From Nemertoderma westbladi (lineage: Eukaryota; Animalia; Xenacoelomorpha), in the NCBI GenBank assembly GCA_032718475.1, contig JAUCBJ010000368.1, positions 1 to 64,000 on the forward strand: a stretch of DNA of 64,000 bases, in the 5' to 3' direction. Each line of letters begins with the position of its first letter. Positions within the stretch are counted from its first letter, which is position 1. Shown here piece by piece: positions 40,301 to 54,169 of this stretch. The notes below the pieces were generated by a model. The model had not been told where the DNA came from. It was given only the letters and a program-made list of their open reading frames with translations, and ran no database searches. Position numbers and translations under genes: made by a program.

Positions 40301-43023
40301 ATAGTGAGTGCCTACTGTAGTAAAACTGATAGTGAGTTCCTACTGTAGGAAAACGGACAGTGAGTGCCTAGTGTAGTAAAACGGATAGTGAGTGCCTACT
40401 GTAGTAAAACTGATAGTGAGTTCCTACTGTAGTAAAACGGATAGTGAGTGCCTACTGTAGTAAAACTGATAGTGAGTTCCTACTGTAGTAAAACGGATAG
40501 TGAGTGCCTACTGTAGTAAAACTGATAGTGAGTTCCTACTGTAGTAAAACGGACAGTGAGTGCCTAGTGTAGTAAAACGGATAGTGAGTGCCTACTGTAG
40601 TAAAACTGATAGTGAGTTCCTACTGTAGTAAAACGGATAGTGAGTGCCTACTGTAGTAAAACGGACAGTGAGTGCCTAGTGTAGTAAAACTGATAGTGAG
40701 TTCCTACTGTAGTAAAATGGATAGTGAGTGCCTACTGTAGTAAAACTGATAGTGAGTTCCTACTGTAGTAAAACGGACAGTGAGTGCCTAGTGTAGTAAA
40801 ACGGATAGTGAGTGCCTAGTGTATTAAAACGGATAGTGAGTTCCTCCTGTAGTAAAACGGACAGTGAGTGCCTACTGTAGTAAAACTGGTAGTGAGTTCC
40901 TACTGTAGTAAAACTGATAGTGAGTGCCTACTGTACTAAAACGGATAGTGAGTTCCTACTGTAGTAAAACTGATAGTGAGTTCCTCCTGTAGTAAAACGG
41001 ATAGTGAGTGCCTACTGTAGTAAAACTGGTAGTGAGTTCCTACTGTAGTAAAACGGACAGTGAGTGCCTAGTGTAGTAAAACGGATAGTGAGTGCCTACT
41101 GTAGTAAAACTGATAGTGAGTTCCTACTGTAGTAAAACGGACAGTGAGTGCCTAGTGTAGTAAAACGGATAGTGAGTGCCTAGTGTATTAAAACTGATAG
41201 TGAGTTCCTACTGTACTAAAACGGATAGTGAGTTCCTATTGTAGTAAAACTGATAGTGAGTTCCTCCTGTAGTAAAACGGATAGTGAGTGCCTACTGTAG
41301 TAAAACTGGTAGTGAGTTCCTACTGTAGTAAAACTGATAGTGAGTTCCTACTGTAGTAAAACTGATAGTGAGTTCCTCCTGTAGTAAAACGGACAGTGAG
41401 TGCCTACTGTAGTAAAACTGGTAGTGAGTTCCTACTGTAGTAAAACTGATAATGAGTTCCTCCTGTAGTAAAACGGACAGTGAGTGCCTAGTGTAGTAAA
41501 ACGGATAATGAGTGCCTACTGTAGTAAAACGGATAGTGAGTGCCTACTTTAGTAAAACGGATAGTGAGTGCCTACTGTAGTAAAACGGATAGTGAGTTCC
41601 TCCTGTAGTAAAACGGATAGTGAGTGCCTACTCTAGTAAAACGGATAGTGAGTTCCTACTGTAGTAAAACGGATAGTGAGTTCCTACTGTAGTAAAGCGG
41701 ATAATGAGTGCCTACTGTAGTAAAACGGATAGTGAGTGCCTAGTGTAGTAAAACGGATAGTGAGTGCCTACTGTAGTAAAACGGATAGTGAGTTCCTCCT
41801 GTAGTAAAACGGATAGTGAGTGCCTACTCTAGTAAAACGGATAGTGAGTTCCTACTGTAGTAAAGCGGATAATGAGTGCCTACTGTAGTAAAACGGATAG
41901 TGAGTGCCTACTGTAGTAAAACGGATAGTGAGTGCCTACTGTAGTAAAACGGATAGTGAGTGCCTACTTTAGTAAAACGGATAGTGAGTGCCTAGTGTAT
42001 TAAAACGGATAGTGAGTTCCTCCTGTAGTAAAACGGATAGTGAGTGCCTACTGTAGTAAAACGGATAGTGAGTGCCTAGTGTATTAAAACGGATAGTGAG
42101 TTCCTCCTGTAGTAAAACGGACAGTGAGTGCCTACTGTAGTAAAACGGATAGTGAGTGCCTACTGTAGTAAAACGGATAGTGAGTGCCTAGTGTATTAAA
42201 ACGGATAGTGAGTTCCTCCTGTAGTAAAACGGATAGTGAGTGCCTACTGTAGTAAAACGGATAGTGAGTGCCTAGTGTATTAAAACGGATAGTGAGTTCC
42301 TCCTGTAGTAAAACGGATAGTGAGTGCCTACTGTAGTAAAACGGATAGTGAGTGCCTAGTGTATTAAAACGGATAGTGAGTTCCTCCTGTAGTAAAACGG
42401 ACAGTGAGTGCCTACTGTAGTAAAACGGATAGTGAGTGCCTACTGTAGTAAAACGGATAGTGAGTGCCTACTGTAGTAAAACGGACAGTGAGTGCCTAGT
42501 GTATTAAAACGGATAGTGAGTTCCTCCTGTAGTAAAACGGATAGTGAGTGCCTAGTGTAGTAAAACGGATAGTGAGTGCCTACTGTACTAAAACGGATAG
42601 TGAGTTCCTACTGTAGTAAAACGGATAGTGAGTTCCTACTGTAGTAAAACGGATAGTGAGTGCCTAGTGTATTAAAACGGATAGTGAGTCCCTACTGTAC
42701 TAAAACGGATAGTGAGTTCCTACTGTAGTAAAACGGATAGTGAGTTCCTACTGTAGTAAAACGGATAGTGAGTTCCTACTGTAGTAAAACGGATAGTGAG
42801 TTCCTACTGTAGTAAAACTGATAGTGAGTTCCTACTGTAGTAAAACTGATAGTGAGTGCCTACTGTAGTAAAACGGATAGTGAGTGCCTAGTGTATTAAA
42901 ACGGATAGTGAGTGCCTACTGTAGTAAAACGGACAGTGAGTGCCTAGTGTATTAAAACGGATAGTGAGTGCCTACTGTAGTAAAACGGATAGTGAGTTCC
43001 TACTGTAGTAAAACTGATAGTGA
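37326..43023. repeat. ~5.7-kb satellite of 28-bp units (~200 copies)
   Basis: Consensus GTAGTAAAACGGATAGTGAG(T/G variants)CCTACT, e.g. GTAGTAAAACGGATAGTGAGTGCCTACT, head to tail without spacers. Confidence 0.98.
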
Positions 43024-43913
43024 AATTAATAGTGAAACGGATTTTCGCAATTTCTAGCTTTTTTTATTAACGATTTTGGTAAACTCCATGCACTATATTG
43101 ATAACCAAAGTAGAGTATATGATGGGTAATTTATTTCATTAAACAAAATAGTTTGCCGAATTTGAGACAGTTTAATGTTCCTATGTTCCTATACATATGT
43201 GTAATCATCGAATTCTCGTAGTTTTATATACATTTGGCAAACATGAAGGAAGACGCATCTCTCGTCCATTTTCTTTTCCATATCACGCATTATCCCGGGA
43301 TCGATCATATCAGATATACCTGCCAACTTTCTGCAAAATACAAAATATGGAAAAACATTAGATTTCTATCTGCCCATGGATCGCTCTCTATGAATGAATA
43401 AAATGTCGGTATGAATGTTCTTCGATGATTTTATATTGTCTGATAATATACTTTCTGTAGATGATAATGTGTTCAAGATTTTATTTATCTGTGATGTGAC
43501 GGTAATATGCGAAGGTATTCTGTGTCCTTTATTGTACATTATAACATTTTTCATCATTTAGTTCCGATTTCTCTTATAAGTATTCTAATAGTGAGGAAGG
43601 TTGAAACATTGCACAGAAAGCACATGAAAAGGAGGTACAATCAATGTATGCTACGAAATCGGACCCCTGCAATTTACTGCGCCATTCTAAAGCTGCCGCA
43701 ATACTTTCACTAAATATGGCTAACCAAATCTTTGCAAATTGTTTCTCTAAAGACTTACTGATATATAACTATTTTGAGTACCATTTTTAATGGTTTGTTC
43801 TTATTAATTTCATATAGCTTCACTCTATCATATATCACTATAATAATCGGTATGCTGTAAATTGGGATGCTATGCTAACTTAACAAAATCCGCATCTAGG
43901 CCCATTTCCACAC

Positions 43914-44461
43914 AGCTTTTTTTAGAGCTTTTTTTAGTTAAAACAATTTTTAGAAATTAATTGCTTCAAGATGAATCTGTGAATTTTCGAATACTAAAAC
44001 CTAAACTATAGAATAGAGCTCAAAAAAGCTAGAAAAAGAGCTCAAAAAAAGCTAGAAAAAAAGCTCAAAAAAAGCTTAAAAAAAGCTAGAAAAGAGCTTG
44101 GAAAAAATGCTAGAAAAAAAGCTCAAAAAAAAAACTTGAAAAAAGCTCAAAAAAAGCTTAAATAAAAGCTAGAAAAAAAGCTCGAAAAAGGCATGAAAAA
44201 AAGCTCAAAAAAAGGTCTTTTTTCGAGCTTTTTTTTAATTAAAACAATTTTTAGAAATTAATTGCTTCAAGATAAATCTGCGAATTTTCGAATACTTAAA
44301 CCTAAACTATAGAATAGAGCTCAAAAAAAAGCCTGAAAAAAATCTAAAAAAAAAGCTAGAAAAAATCTCAAAAAAAGCTCAAAAAAAGCTTGAAAAAAGC
44401 TTAAAAAAAAGCTAGAAAAAAAGCTTGAAAAAAAGCTAGAAAAAAAGCTCAAAAAAAAGCA
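43914..44461. repeat. Two tandem ~300-bp units containing (AAAAAAGCT)n arrays
   Basis: Block TTAAAACAATTTTTAGAAATTAATTGCTTCAAGAT...GAATAGAGCTC at ~43938 and ~44239, each followed by AAAAAAGCT repeats and preceded by the inverse AGCTTTTTT. Confidence 0.85.
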
Positions 44462-44519
44462 GGTCCAATTTTGAAAATATTACGATTATACGTATTTTCG
44501 TCTTGACTTGTCTTGACTT

Positions 44520-44880
44520 GTGGGGTTTTGGGGATCTCGATTCCAAAAGAGATTCCTTGATGTCTCGGTATTCAATCCCCTGGCTTAGTCGAATGCCGCC
44601 ATGACCCTCGAGTCTTTCCATCTACACTGAGAGGCCCGCAAAGCAACCACTATGAGGAACAGGTACGTGAGATCGAGCTTGCCTCCTTCACGCCTTTGAT
44701 TTTTTCGGCATTTGGTGGACTCTCCCCGACGACAACCCAGTTTATTAAAGGTCTTGGAATTCTCCTGTCTGAGAAGCATAAGACGCCTTATTCGGAGTGT
44801 ATCCACTGGGTTCGTCGGGAAATGAGCTTCGCCTTTCTCCATACATTTCGTCGTACTTTGATGTACATTGGTAGCTAATG
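44520..44880 (+). mobile_element. 3' fragment of a CRE-type non-LTR retrotransposon (restriction-like endonuclease region)
   Basis: GFWGSRFQKRFLDVSVFNP ... EQVREIELASFTPLIFSAFGGLSP...LLSEK...YSECIHWVRREMSF, matching the GFW...FFDVRVFNP...FTPLVFS..GG motif of CRE-like elements. Confidence 0.75.
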
Positions 44881-45783
44881 ATACTCCACTTGCTCCTAAT
44901 GCAGCTAGAGAACAGCTCACCCATAGTGATGTTAATAATTTGAGGCACTTCTTAGTGCGAATAATTCAATTTTTGGGATTACATTGTTAAAAGTCCAGTA
45001 GTATACCGCCTACCGGATCCTAGTAACGATGTATCTTACTGTAGAATCCAGCAGTGTATACGGGCTTGTACAGTATCTGACAATAAATCCCAGTCCAGGG
45101 TGTCTAAACAAACAGATACTAAGTACGCAAACTACTACTGGCGAGGGAACGGAGCCTGATGTATATTCTAATACGTGGGCGAGTCAAATGCCCGGGCGAA
45201 CTAGACAAAACAGGATACCCGGCCTCTAACCGGTGAGGTAGATGTACACTCTACAGATACAGACCAAACTCACGGGAAAACAATCCCCGCACAGCGAATC
45301 CTAACTATCGCTAATGGACCTAAATACTGTAAACTTGCTGCGGTTTGATTTATATGGTTTATATACGAGCTAATGGATCAACAGATTAGCGTAACAATAC
45401 TGCCAACAGGAAAGTAGCAGTCAAAAGGGGTGCCCCAAAAATACCTCTTATGTGCCGTAAACTAAATATTAAATCTCTCCCCAAGTTACAAAACTACAGA
45501 TATCATAGAACTATAAGATAACTCCTACAGAAAAGTAACCTATAGTAGTAGCTAGTGGATCTTAAGACGCGTGTGTGTGTGTGTGTTACGAAAAAAACAA
45601 TTTTGGTGTAACGCTGTTATACTAGGTTTTAGTGATTTTAATCAAATACAATACCGGGTGCTAGCTACTCGAATAAGCTAGTCGCACGCTGTAGGCGCAA
45701 TACTACTAGGCGCAATACTTACAAACTGACGTCAAAAGGGTTCTCTCCTCCTATATTCACAACTCAGTCAGGCAATTACGGTG

Positions 45784-48700
45784 TTAGTAACTATGCCCGT
45801 GATCGGCACTGATACCAGACTCACTAGAATCGGATTCATCACAATGAATGGAATTTGATTTGTCGGAAGAAGAAACAATACCCTCATATTCAGAATCATC
45901 TTCTGATACATTATGGTCTTCAACATCAACAGTGTAGTCTATAGCTGGAAAAAGAACTGATATCGGAACTTCATATTGCTTTGATGCAAATTTTCCATTA
46001 GACATCTTTTGCAGAGTAACCCTACCTTCAAACTCTTTAATTATAATGTATAACTCACGTCCATGGAATTTTGATCCCTCACCTTTAAGGAATACTAAAT
46101 CGCCTGATTTGATTTGTGGACATGGTTTGGGCAGATGACCTTTAGCCTTTGAGAATACGCTATATACATGGTTTGATGAACGATTTCGACTCTGCTCAGC
46201 AGCCATATGATCATCTTCAAAATGCAATTGTTGACCTGTGTTTTGATCTCTTCGAAATATGAACTCTTTAGCAGATAGACCACGATAACGAATTCGCGAG
46301 TTCAGTTTATCAACAGCTACTGTCAGATTTAATGCAGATATAGGACCTCCTAATGGGTTCAAACGAAGAAACTCTCGCTCCAGCTCTTGGACACATTTAT
46401 CGGCAATTTCCGAAAAATTTCCGGTTAACATTTCCGAAATCTAAGTGAATACCATGGTACTCAAGTTGCATTCTTTAAGCAAACCAGACCAGGAGCACAA
46501 TCAACTCGTATTGATGCAAATGAATAATGCAATGGTATAGCCAATTGTAATAAAGCAGAACGGAGTGTTGCAGCCATTTCATCCTCTATGAAGCAGGTGG
46601 CTGTATATGATGAAAACGTATCTAGGAGTATTAAAATCTTCTGTTTTGACCTTCTAATATCATCAGAGGCAAAAGATTGACCTATTGCTGTTGGTACTGT
46701 ATTTGATGTTTGTTCAAATAACTCATGTGGGAGTCGTTTGAAACCACATTATGCTCACTCAGTGTGGACAGAAATGTTGAAACACGAGCTGATGCAGAGA
46801 AATTTCCCTTGCATAAGTTTTTGAAAGCAAGGTAGCACATTATCTGTAAGCACTAGTGTTGAATGACGAGATTCACGAATGTAAGGTGCAAAATGTTTTA
46901 CTGTTGCAGCTATTGCCATTTCAGATGGTGCTCTCGTAATTTAAAGCTATAAAATCCACCATTGAGACGTTTTCCATTTCTAACAATATATAAGGTAGCA
47001 TCCAATCCTCTATTAAGTGGTGAAACATTCACTGTTATAACCAGTTTATCATCTTTTGTAGGTATGGTAATAATATGGGGAGAACGAAGTGCATTTTGAG
47101 CATTACAAAAGCTCTCTTGTAATTCTGATGTACTTTCAATTTGGTCCTGACTGGTAAGACCCTTCAAAGAATCTTCCAAAGGAGCTAGCAGTGGAGCATA
47201 CATTGGGATACATCTACATATATCCTTATAGGATCCCAAAAACGATCGCATAGATTTCACAGTTTTTGGCAATGATGCTGAGATAAGAGGACTAAGTTTA
47301 TGAGCACTAACTGCCAAGGTGCCAGTAGACCAAACCCAACCTAGAACAACTGTCTGCTTTGGACAAATATATGTTTTATGAGCAGCTAAACGTAAGTTGT
47401 TTCTATCTAAGCAAATAAGAACCTGCTTCCAGTTGTTGTACAATTGCTCAATTGAATCTCCCCCAACATAAAGATCATCTGCTATCTTGTACATATAACC
47501 ATCTTGTAGCATATCTCCAAATATCCGAGATGTCAACTCCCCCAACCATTCTGATGAGCCAGGCATTCCCATTGCTGAACGTGTATATATACGAATACCT
47601 TTAAAAGGTGTTACAGTACCTAGGTATGGCATTGCTGACTTAGATACAGGAATCTGAAAAAATCCTTTGGTAAGGTCTGTAATAATAATATAAGCCCATG
47701 AGGAAATTCGGCGCAAGGCATCATCACATTTGATACTCATTGAAGGTGGAGGTCGTGTGTATTGGGCTAGTTGATTAAATGCCGTAACAAAACGAAATCC
47801 TCCTGATGGTTTTTTTACAAGAAAACTTGGAGATACATGTAAAACCTCAATGCCAAAATCTTCAGGTTTACATAAAACTCCTAAACGCTCAAGATTATCA
47901 GCTTCCTTTTGAAGTTGAATAAGATTTGATTGGTTGTACAAAGGTATATGGCTCTTAGTTGGTGGAGGGGCAACTGATCCGATATTTACTGTTGCCCTGA
48001 TGACCCCACTATAGTCATTGTAGCAAGAAATATCTGGATCAAAGACATTGTCAAACTCAGACAACAAATTAAGGAATTTTCGTCTTTGGGTAGAAGACAT
48101 TTGGTTGTCAGGGTCAAATATAACCTCAGATGAGAAAAGTTTGTTTTTATTTGAACTCACATTGTCACTAACTGATAATTGAGGAGTACAGGTTTGAAAA
48201 TTTGGAGATAGTGGGGCAGAAACAACATGAAAGAGTTGTGCAACATGTTGCGAGCGATTTAATGGAATGATAACGATCTAGTACAGATTAGGAATCCGTA
48301 CTTCTCCATTCACAACCTGTAAGATGGAAACTTCTGGCCAACTGCCTCCATTAGGAGAATCCACTCGTGGTTCTACAGCAATAGGACCAGAGTATGACAA
48401 TAATTCAGCAGGATTAAAATTAACAAAATCCCCAGGAAAGATAACAGATCTATCAGCATTTCTTAAAACAAATGACTGAAATTTTGGAGGCGTAGCTGTT
48501 GAGGATTGAGTAGAAGCATACGATACCGACATACTCTTAATGTAAATTTCTTGCTTTTTCATGGAAATCTCAATGTTGTTTAGAACACTAAAAGGCACTC
48601 CTCCAAGTACATCACAATCCATACCTTCAGCCACAAGGGCAACTAGTGATAGTTGAACATTTCTAAATGCTAACTTGACAGAAACTTCACCACAGATTGG

Positions 48701-49901
48701 CAGTTTACAACTAACCTGTGTGGCAGATTGTGAAGTTGGATGTATTGGCATGTTGGAGTGTTTGGCAAAAGAATGTGAAACTAAATTACCTGTAGCTCCA
48801 GAATCAATAACAACTTTACAAGGAAAATGCTTATAAAAGCAATAGAAATGAGGGGACATCATACACTGAACAGCATTAATATTAATACTAGGTAGTTAAT
48901 ACCTGGTTAATATTGTATTTATGGAGTGCTGGTGAAATATCCATTTGTGAAGGATCAGGATCATCTGATGCCCCTGCTGTTAGCAAGGAACACCCCAGTG
49001 GATCATCTATATCGTCTAAATCAGATACTGTAAGTGTTCTTGCCATGGCAACTTTATCAACTTTTGGTATATACCAGCAAGAAGAAACATCATGGCCTTG
49101 GAAAGGGCGTTGTGCCGACTTACAGAAAACACATGTTATATTTGATCTTGATTGGCTGATATGCTGGGCCGTTGTTTGGAATGGAATTTCGAAAATTGAC
49201 TGAAATTGATTTGCAAATCTTCTTGATTGTTTAATTCAGAAATAATCGCATCCATCAATTCCACAATCTGTGGCTGTATGTCTTTTAGAGTCTTTATTTG
49301 CAGATCATGTGCAAAGATACGTCCTATGTGTGCAGGTAAACGCTATCTATCCAGCTGTAGCCATAAATATACAGCCAGGCGTTCCGTGGTCGGAGACATT
49401 ACCTCATCCTCAGTTACAGGAATGCCATCATGTAGCAATGGGGAGTCAATGGAAAGAAGATTATCTTCTAAATGTGCACAAATTCTCTGGTACAATGCTT
49501 CATAGCGCTCCCCATCAACTCGCTTTATTTGAGATAACTTAAGAAAGTTAACTTCAGATTGTCGGAATCCGAAATGTTTACGGATCCTCTGCCATATCCA
49601 TGGCAATGAAGTACTTTTTTTTGTTATTTCATTCCGCAAAAGCGATGGAGCAAATTGTGCAATTAAGCCTACCATTCTGTTCAGATGGATTCATTTCTGA
49701 ACAGCTGTTTTGAATTTCGGTGTACCAGGTTGGTCATCAACTAAACCCCGATTTGGAACATTGCATTTCTCCCATACTGCATGGGGCAAAATCATCGCAT
49801 ATTGATAAATGATATTGAAGATCTGTCTGCCAGTTAGCAAACGATGTAATGGTTTCTGTCTCAGTCAGCACCCATTGTTTTGGAGGACGAAAATCAGCCA
49901 T
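45784..49901 (-). pseudogene. gag-pol: Ty3/Gypsy gag-pol (decayed)
   Basis: Gag start MADFRPPKQWVLTETETITSFANWQ (ATG 49901); protease VIDSGATGNLVS (48278-48862); RT SPSFLVKKPSGGFRFV, DLTKGFFQIP, IADDLYVGG (46910-48160); integrase C-terminal part (45784-46700). Confidence 0.92.
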
Positions 49902-50312
49902 AGGCCTATGGGTACAGGGGTACTCTCAATATAAAAGTTGTTATAACGCAAATGACAAAATGCTGAAATAACTTTAACAGTTTAAATTAAATTACGTCAT
50001 ATTAACGAACCTGTAACGTAACATACACCAACCAAGGATTATTAGCAATTAAAACGTGCAGAGCGGCAGAAGTAGGCTGCAGTAAGGAGTAGAGTTGCCT
50101 ACCGGAACATGGAACAGTAGCAGACTAAAGGTATGCGGTACGGTACCTTACACTGTATGCAGGTATGCTGGAATGTTACCTTTACCGGTATAGCGGTATG
50201 TAACTTGGGTGATCTTCTTTCTGTACAGCTGTAGGTTAAATAATCAACAATCAAGTCGAAGTTGAACCATCTCCGCCAATATAGTTTTTAAGTAGCATGG
50301 ACTCGAACTACA

Positions 50313-50477
50313 CCAGCCACCACGCCAGACTATGAAGGAAGGCGATCCTTAGGTCAACAAACAACAAACTGTATTATAACCTTCAGTAATTACATAATAA
50401 CCTATCCCAACATAAAGACAAAACCCGGACCGGTATTAACCGTCAGTAACCCAGTACAGTTCTTTATATCAATAACA
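50313..50477 (-). mobile_element. Candidate 5' LTR (~50333-50477) and primer-binding site (50327->50313) of the Gypsy element
   Basis: Minus strand TGTTATTG...CCTTCA, then TAGTC, then TGGCGTGGTGGCTGG (resembles a tRNA-Ser-type PBS, inference); no matching 3' LTR found. Confidence 0.45.
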
Positions 50478-50508
50478 ACCCATCACCATATCATATATCT
50501 ATCTATAA

Positions 50509-51605
50509 CAAGCCCGTATCGTGCGGGGGGGGGGGCTTTGGGGGCACTGCCCCCCCAGACAAGTTTCACTGCCCCCCCCCCCCCAGCCAGACATGTCTTG
50601 ATCACTCGTCTTGTTCACAATTAATTAATAATAATAGTGTTGACCCCAGTGATCAATATTATTGGATTCACATTGATATACTTATTAATAGGATACACAC
50701 GTCTACATACACACTGACCTGACTCCCCACCATCCCATTTTGGTCCAATTATATAATACTACATGGCATTAACCTACCTACCTGTAATGACTAAAAATAC
50801 CCGAAAGTTCCAGGTTCTCTCATTGGCTACCAGGGGTTGTTTGTTGTTGACCCATTGTCTATTTGTCTGTAAATAGGGTCTTTTAGCTTGCAGCTAAAAG
50901 GCTACGCGCTGAGGGTTGCTTGCGCTGTTATCAATATCTATAATTTGTTGTAACTTAACCTTAACCATATTATATCTCAAGTGGGTCCTTCGCGCAGCAC
51001 GTGATATAAACTTATGTAAGCCTCAACCCGAAAGAAATATAAGCAACATCTAAGCAGATGTCCTTTGATCACTTTACACTTAGAGGTAGTCTGGAAAACT
51101 CCAGTCAATTTTTAAGATATCAGAAAAAGTTTAAATGACACAGGTAAAACAATTCTGCCAAGTTTCCTCATAAACGGATTAAAAGCAAAGAAATGTGAGG
51201 ACATTTAATGCTTAGACATGTAGCCATCTAGCAGGAGACTGTTGAACTGTTGGTGTCAAAAGTCACTAAATAATGTCAAGTTTTGGACATATTTATGCCT
51301 ACAAATTTTCAATTCGACAGCTTTAAATCTAACAAAGTTATTTGAATGGTATGTTAATGAAATCGTTATGTCAACAACTATTTGCCATTATTGACATACT
51401 CCAATATTGTCAGTTCGCCAAGGCTCCGCCAACTTTGTGGCTCGCCCCATACACCGTTCAACAATGTTTATTATATTTATGTACTAAATTAACTCTCACT
51501 TGGTTGTATGCTCCCCAAATCCCAGTAATGGGTTTGCACCCCCCCCCCCCCCCCCCCAGATTTGGCCTCTGCCCCCCCAGATATTATGATCACAATACGG
51601 GCCTG
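50509..51605. mobile_element. hAT-superfamily non-autonomous element with 8-bp TSD
   Basis: TIRs CAAGCCCGTATCGTG / CACAATACGGGCCTG; identical flanks ATCTATAA at 50501-50508 and 51606-51613; contains a DINE-like fragment (50980-51450). Confidence 0.88.
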
Positions 51606-51687
51606 ATCTATAATAAAAGGTACAGTATGGCGTAGCGAAATTAGAACTTGCTATTATTTCCATAAACCAAGTAAAGCTCTGAATCGA

Positions 51688-53520
51688 GTTTTTAGGAACT
51701 GTATACCATGTAGGAAAACATTCAGTAGGCCTTTAACCCAGCGAGAGTGAGAATAACATAGGGAAAGAGTCAGCTGTTATGAACCACCCTTTACCAACAC
51801 TGGTGTAGATTTATTTGGCCCTATAGAAGTGTATCGCTCTAGAACAATAGTCAAGCAATGGTGCGTTATATTTGTTTGCATGACTTGTAGAGCGATTCAT
51901 CTGGATATGGTAAATGATCTATCTACAAACAGTTTCATAATCAGCTTGCGCCAGCAAATCGGTCGTTTCAGAACTAGCAACACTATGCGATCTGATAAAG
52001 GTACAAACTTTATTGGAGCCAATAATGAGATTAAGGCTTACATCAACAACTGGAACCAAAGGTAGGTGGATGATTAGTTAAAAGTGATGGCATCTAATTG
52101 GACATTCAACGCTACAGATGCTCCTTGGTGGGGATGAAGTTTGGAGAGACTTATACGCAGTGTTAAGACCGTGTTCCACTTTGTTGTGTCATGCTGTGCG
52201 TATCTCACCAACAAACTCCTACGAACGCTTATGGAGGACCCCCTATATATCCCATGGCTTTGCTACCTTAACGAAAGACCTCATATGCCAGTCTCCTCGA
52301 ACCCAGATTCCCTAGAAGCATTGACACCTGCGCATTTTCTGCTCAAGAAGCCGGTAGCCATGAAATTGTTTGTAGAGCAAGGGAATGCCAGCGCCGGAAG
52401 CATGGTACTGATTGTTGATTCGGATCTTCCCCACAAGATGAGGCAGATAGGTTGTATCATCAAGACCTATATATCTGATGATGGTTTAGAACGATCAGTA
52501 GAACTCGTAGTTATGAGCCATAACCATAAGAAGAAAGGAATAGTCTTCGAAACCCAACAACTTAATCGCCCAATTGGTCGTCTGTGTCTGCTCGAGAGAG
52601 ACCGAGAGTTATCAGGTAACTACGGCAAACAGGAAACTCTACCGATCACCACCTCTCAGATCCAGTAAACATCTATGGACTTAATAACTCATTATTTACA
52701 GGAGCGGGTGTATGACAATCCTTTGTTTGTCTTTATTTTATATTGTATGTACGCTATGTAATTAAATAATTTTATATTATTGTAATCATTTTAATCTAAT
52801 TTTTTTTATTTAGTAGAATAATTATGTAAGTAATTATTCTGTAGATTAGTGCCATAATGTACATATGATCTTAATTCATCATTGAATTAGTTCATCATAA
52901 TACTTATATTCTTTTAGTTAATGACAATAAATAACTTCATTATCTCCTTGCCCTTACTGCCTGTATACTTAATACAAATAAGCAGTTTACAGTAAGAGTA
53001 GTCTTTCCTATTTAAAGGAAATTATACCTTGGTTCTACTGTACTTTAAGTACTAGTGGTTGAAGTAGAGTAATAGGAATGCAAAGATCAGATCCTCGTGT
53101 CTCGGCTAAGCCAAGCTCTGGGTAGACCTTGGAAACGACTTGCCTCTTCTCACTGACATTGCTTCTTGCAATATTACTCTCATACCGAAGTCCTACAATA
53201 ATACGTATAGTAGGAGATGTCCATTTAACAGTAAATCTGTTAAACTATTTGACCAACTGAAATTCTAGTTGATTAAGATATCGTGGCACCCACCGATATA
53301 CTTAAAAGACACAACTTCTAGAATCAGTGGTTAATGTCCCCAGACATGTTCTGGAATAAATCGGTGCCCATCCTGAATTAAAATAATAAAATTTATGGGA
53401 ATATATTTTAAATTCATCATGTCCTTTCATGAATTAATATAAATTACCAATTGAAGAACATTTATTTAAGATTTCCAAAGTTTATTCAATTAATAGATCA
53501 CTGGGGTGGGGATTCACCCT
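51688..53520 (+). mobile_element. Second BEL/Pao copy: integrase 3' half plus downstream spacer
   Basis: Co-linear with 34780-36946 (CRAIHLDMVNDLSTNSF, SDKGTNF, ERLIRSVK, ERDRELSGNYGKQETLP); ~130-bp internal deletion near 52362. Confidence 0.92.
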
Positions 53521-54169
53521 ATTCCAACAGTGTGTCAGAATCCCCTAGTGTGCATTTAAATAGCTAACAAAATTGATAAATATCATGAATAAAGGGAGTA
53601 ATAATAACCCTAGAGTCCTATTAAATAGCATCCCAGATCTGTATGCATGAGAAATACCCTAATTCTACCGCTAGCTTTGCAAAATGTCACCATAGCAACA
53701 ATAACGCTAGAATTAGGTATAGTAAAGAACAATAGAAAGGTTGGCTCATTGAATAGAATACATAGTGTATACTATCCAGGATACACAACAACTATGTGGC
53801 ATTCTGGAAAGCACTGCGACTAACGGAAAAGTGACCATAAATGTATGATTTGTAGCACAAATGTGGATTTGTGTGTTCATAGGTTAATGATACTACTAAA
53901 GTGTGTTTCACTGCAGTGAACCGAAATTGTGAAAAATCATCCTGTACCTGCATAGTTATCTCTAGTATCTTAACCCTTGGGATGGATAGTCTTGAGTGAC
54001 TCGCGTTGGTTATTGTTGTCGCTGTGTAGCTACATTGTTGGCAGGGGACATAGCAACAGCAGTACAGCAGCGCTGAGGATCCCTGACTATCCAGGGGCAG
54101 TGAGGGAGTTAAAGGCAGTGATGTCCGATGGCCTTAATATTATAACTATATCGATAAACTCCCACATAT

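Noticed and set aside
37326-43023. CRISPR-like array (28-bp repeats)
   Set aside because: Units are directly adjacent with no unique spacers, no cas genes, eukaryotic context; the 28-bp period with TAG/TAA/TGA also excludes coding
44985-45760. 3' LTR of the minus-strand Gypsy element
   Set aside because: No similarity to the candidate 5' LTR at 50333-50477 and no TSD found
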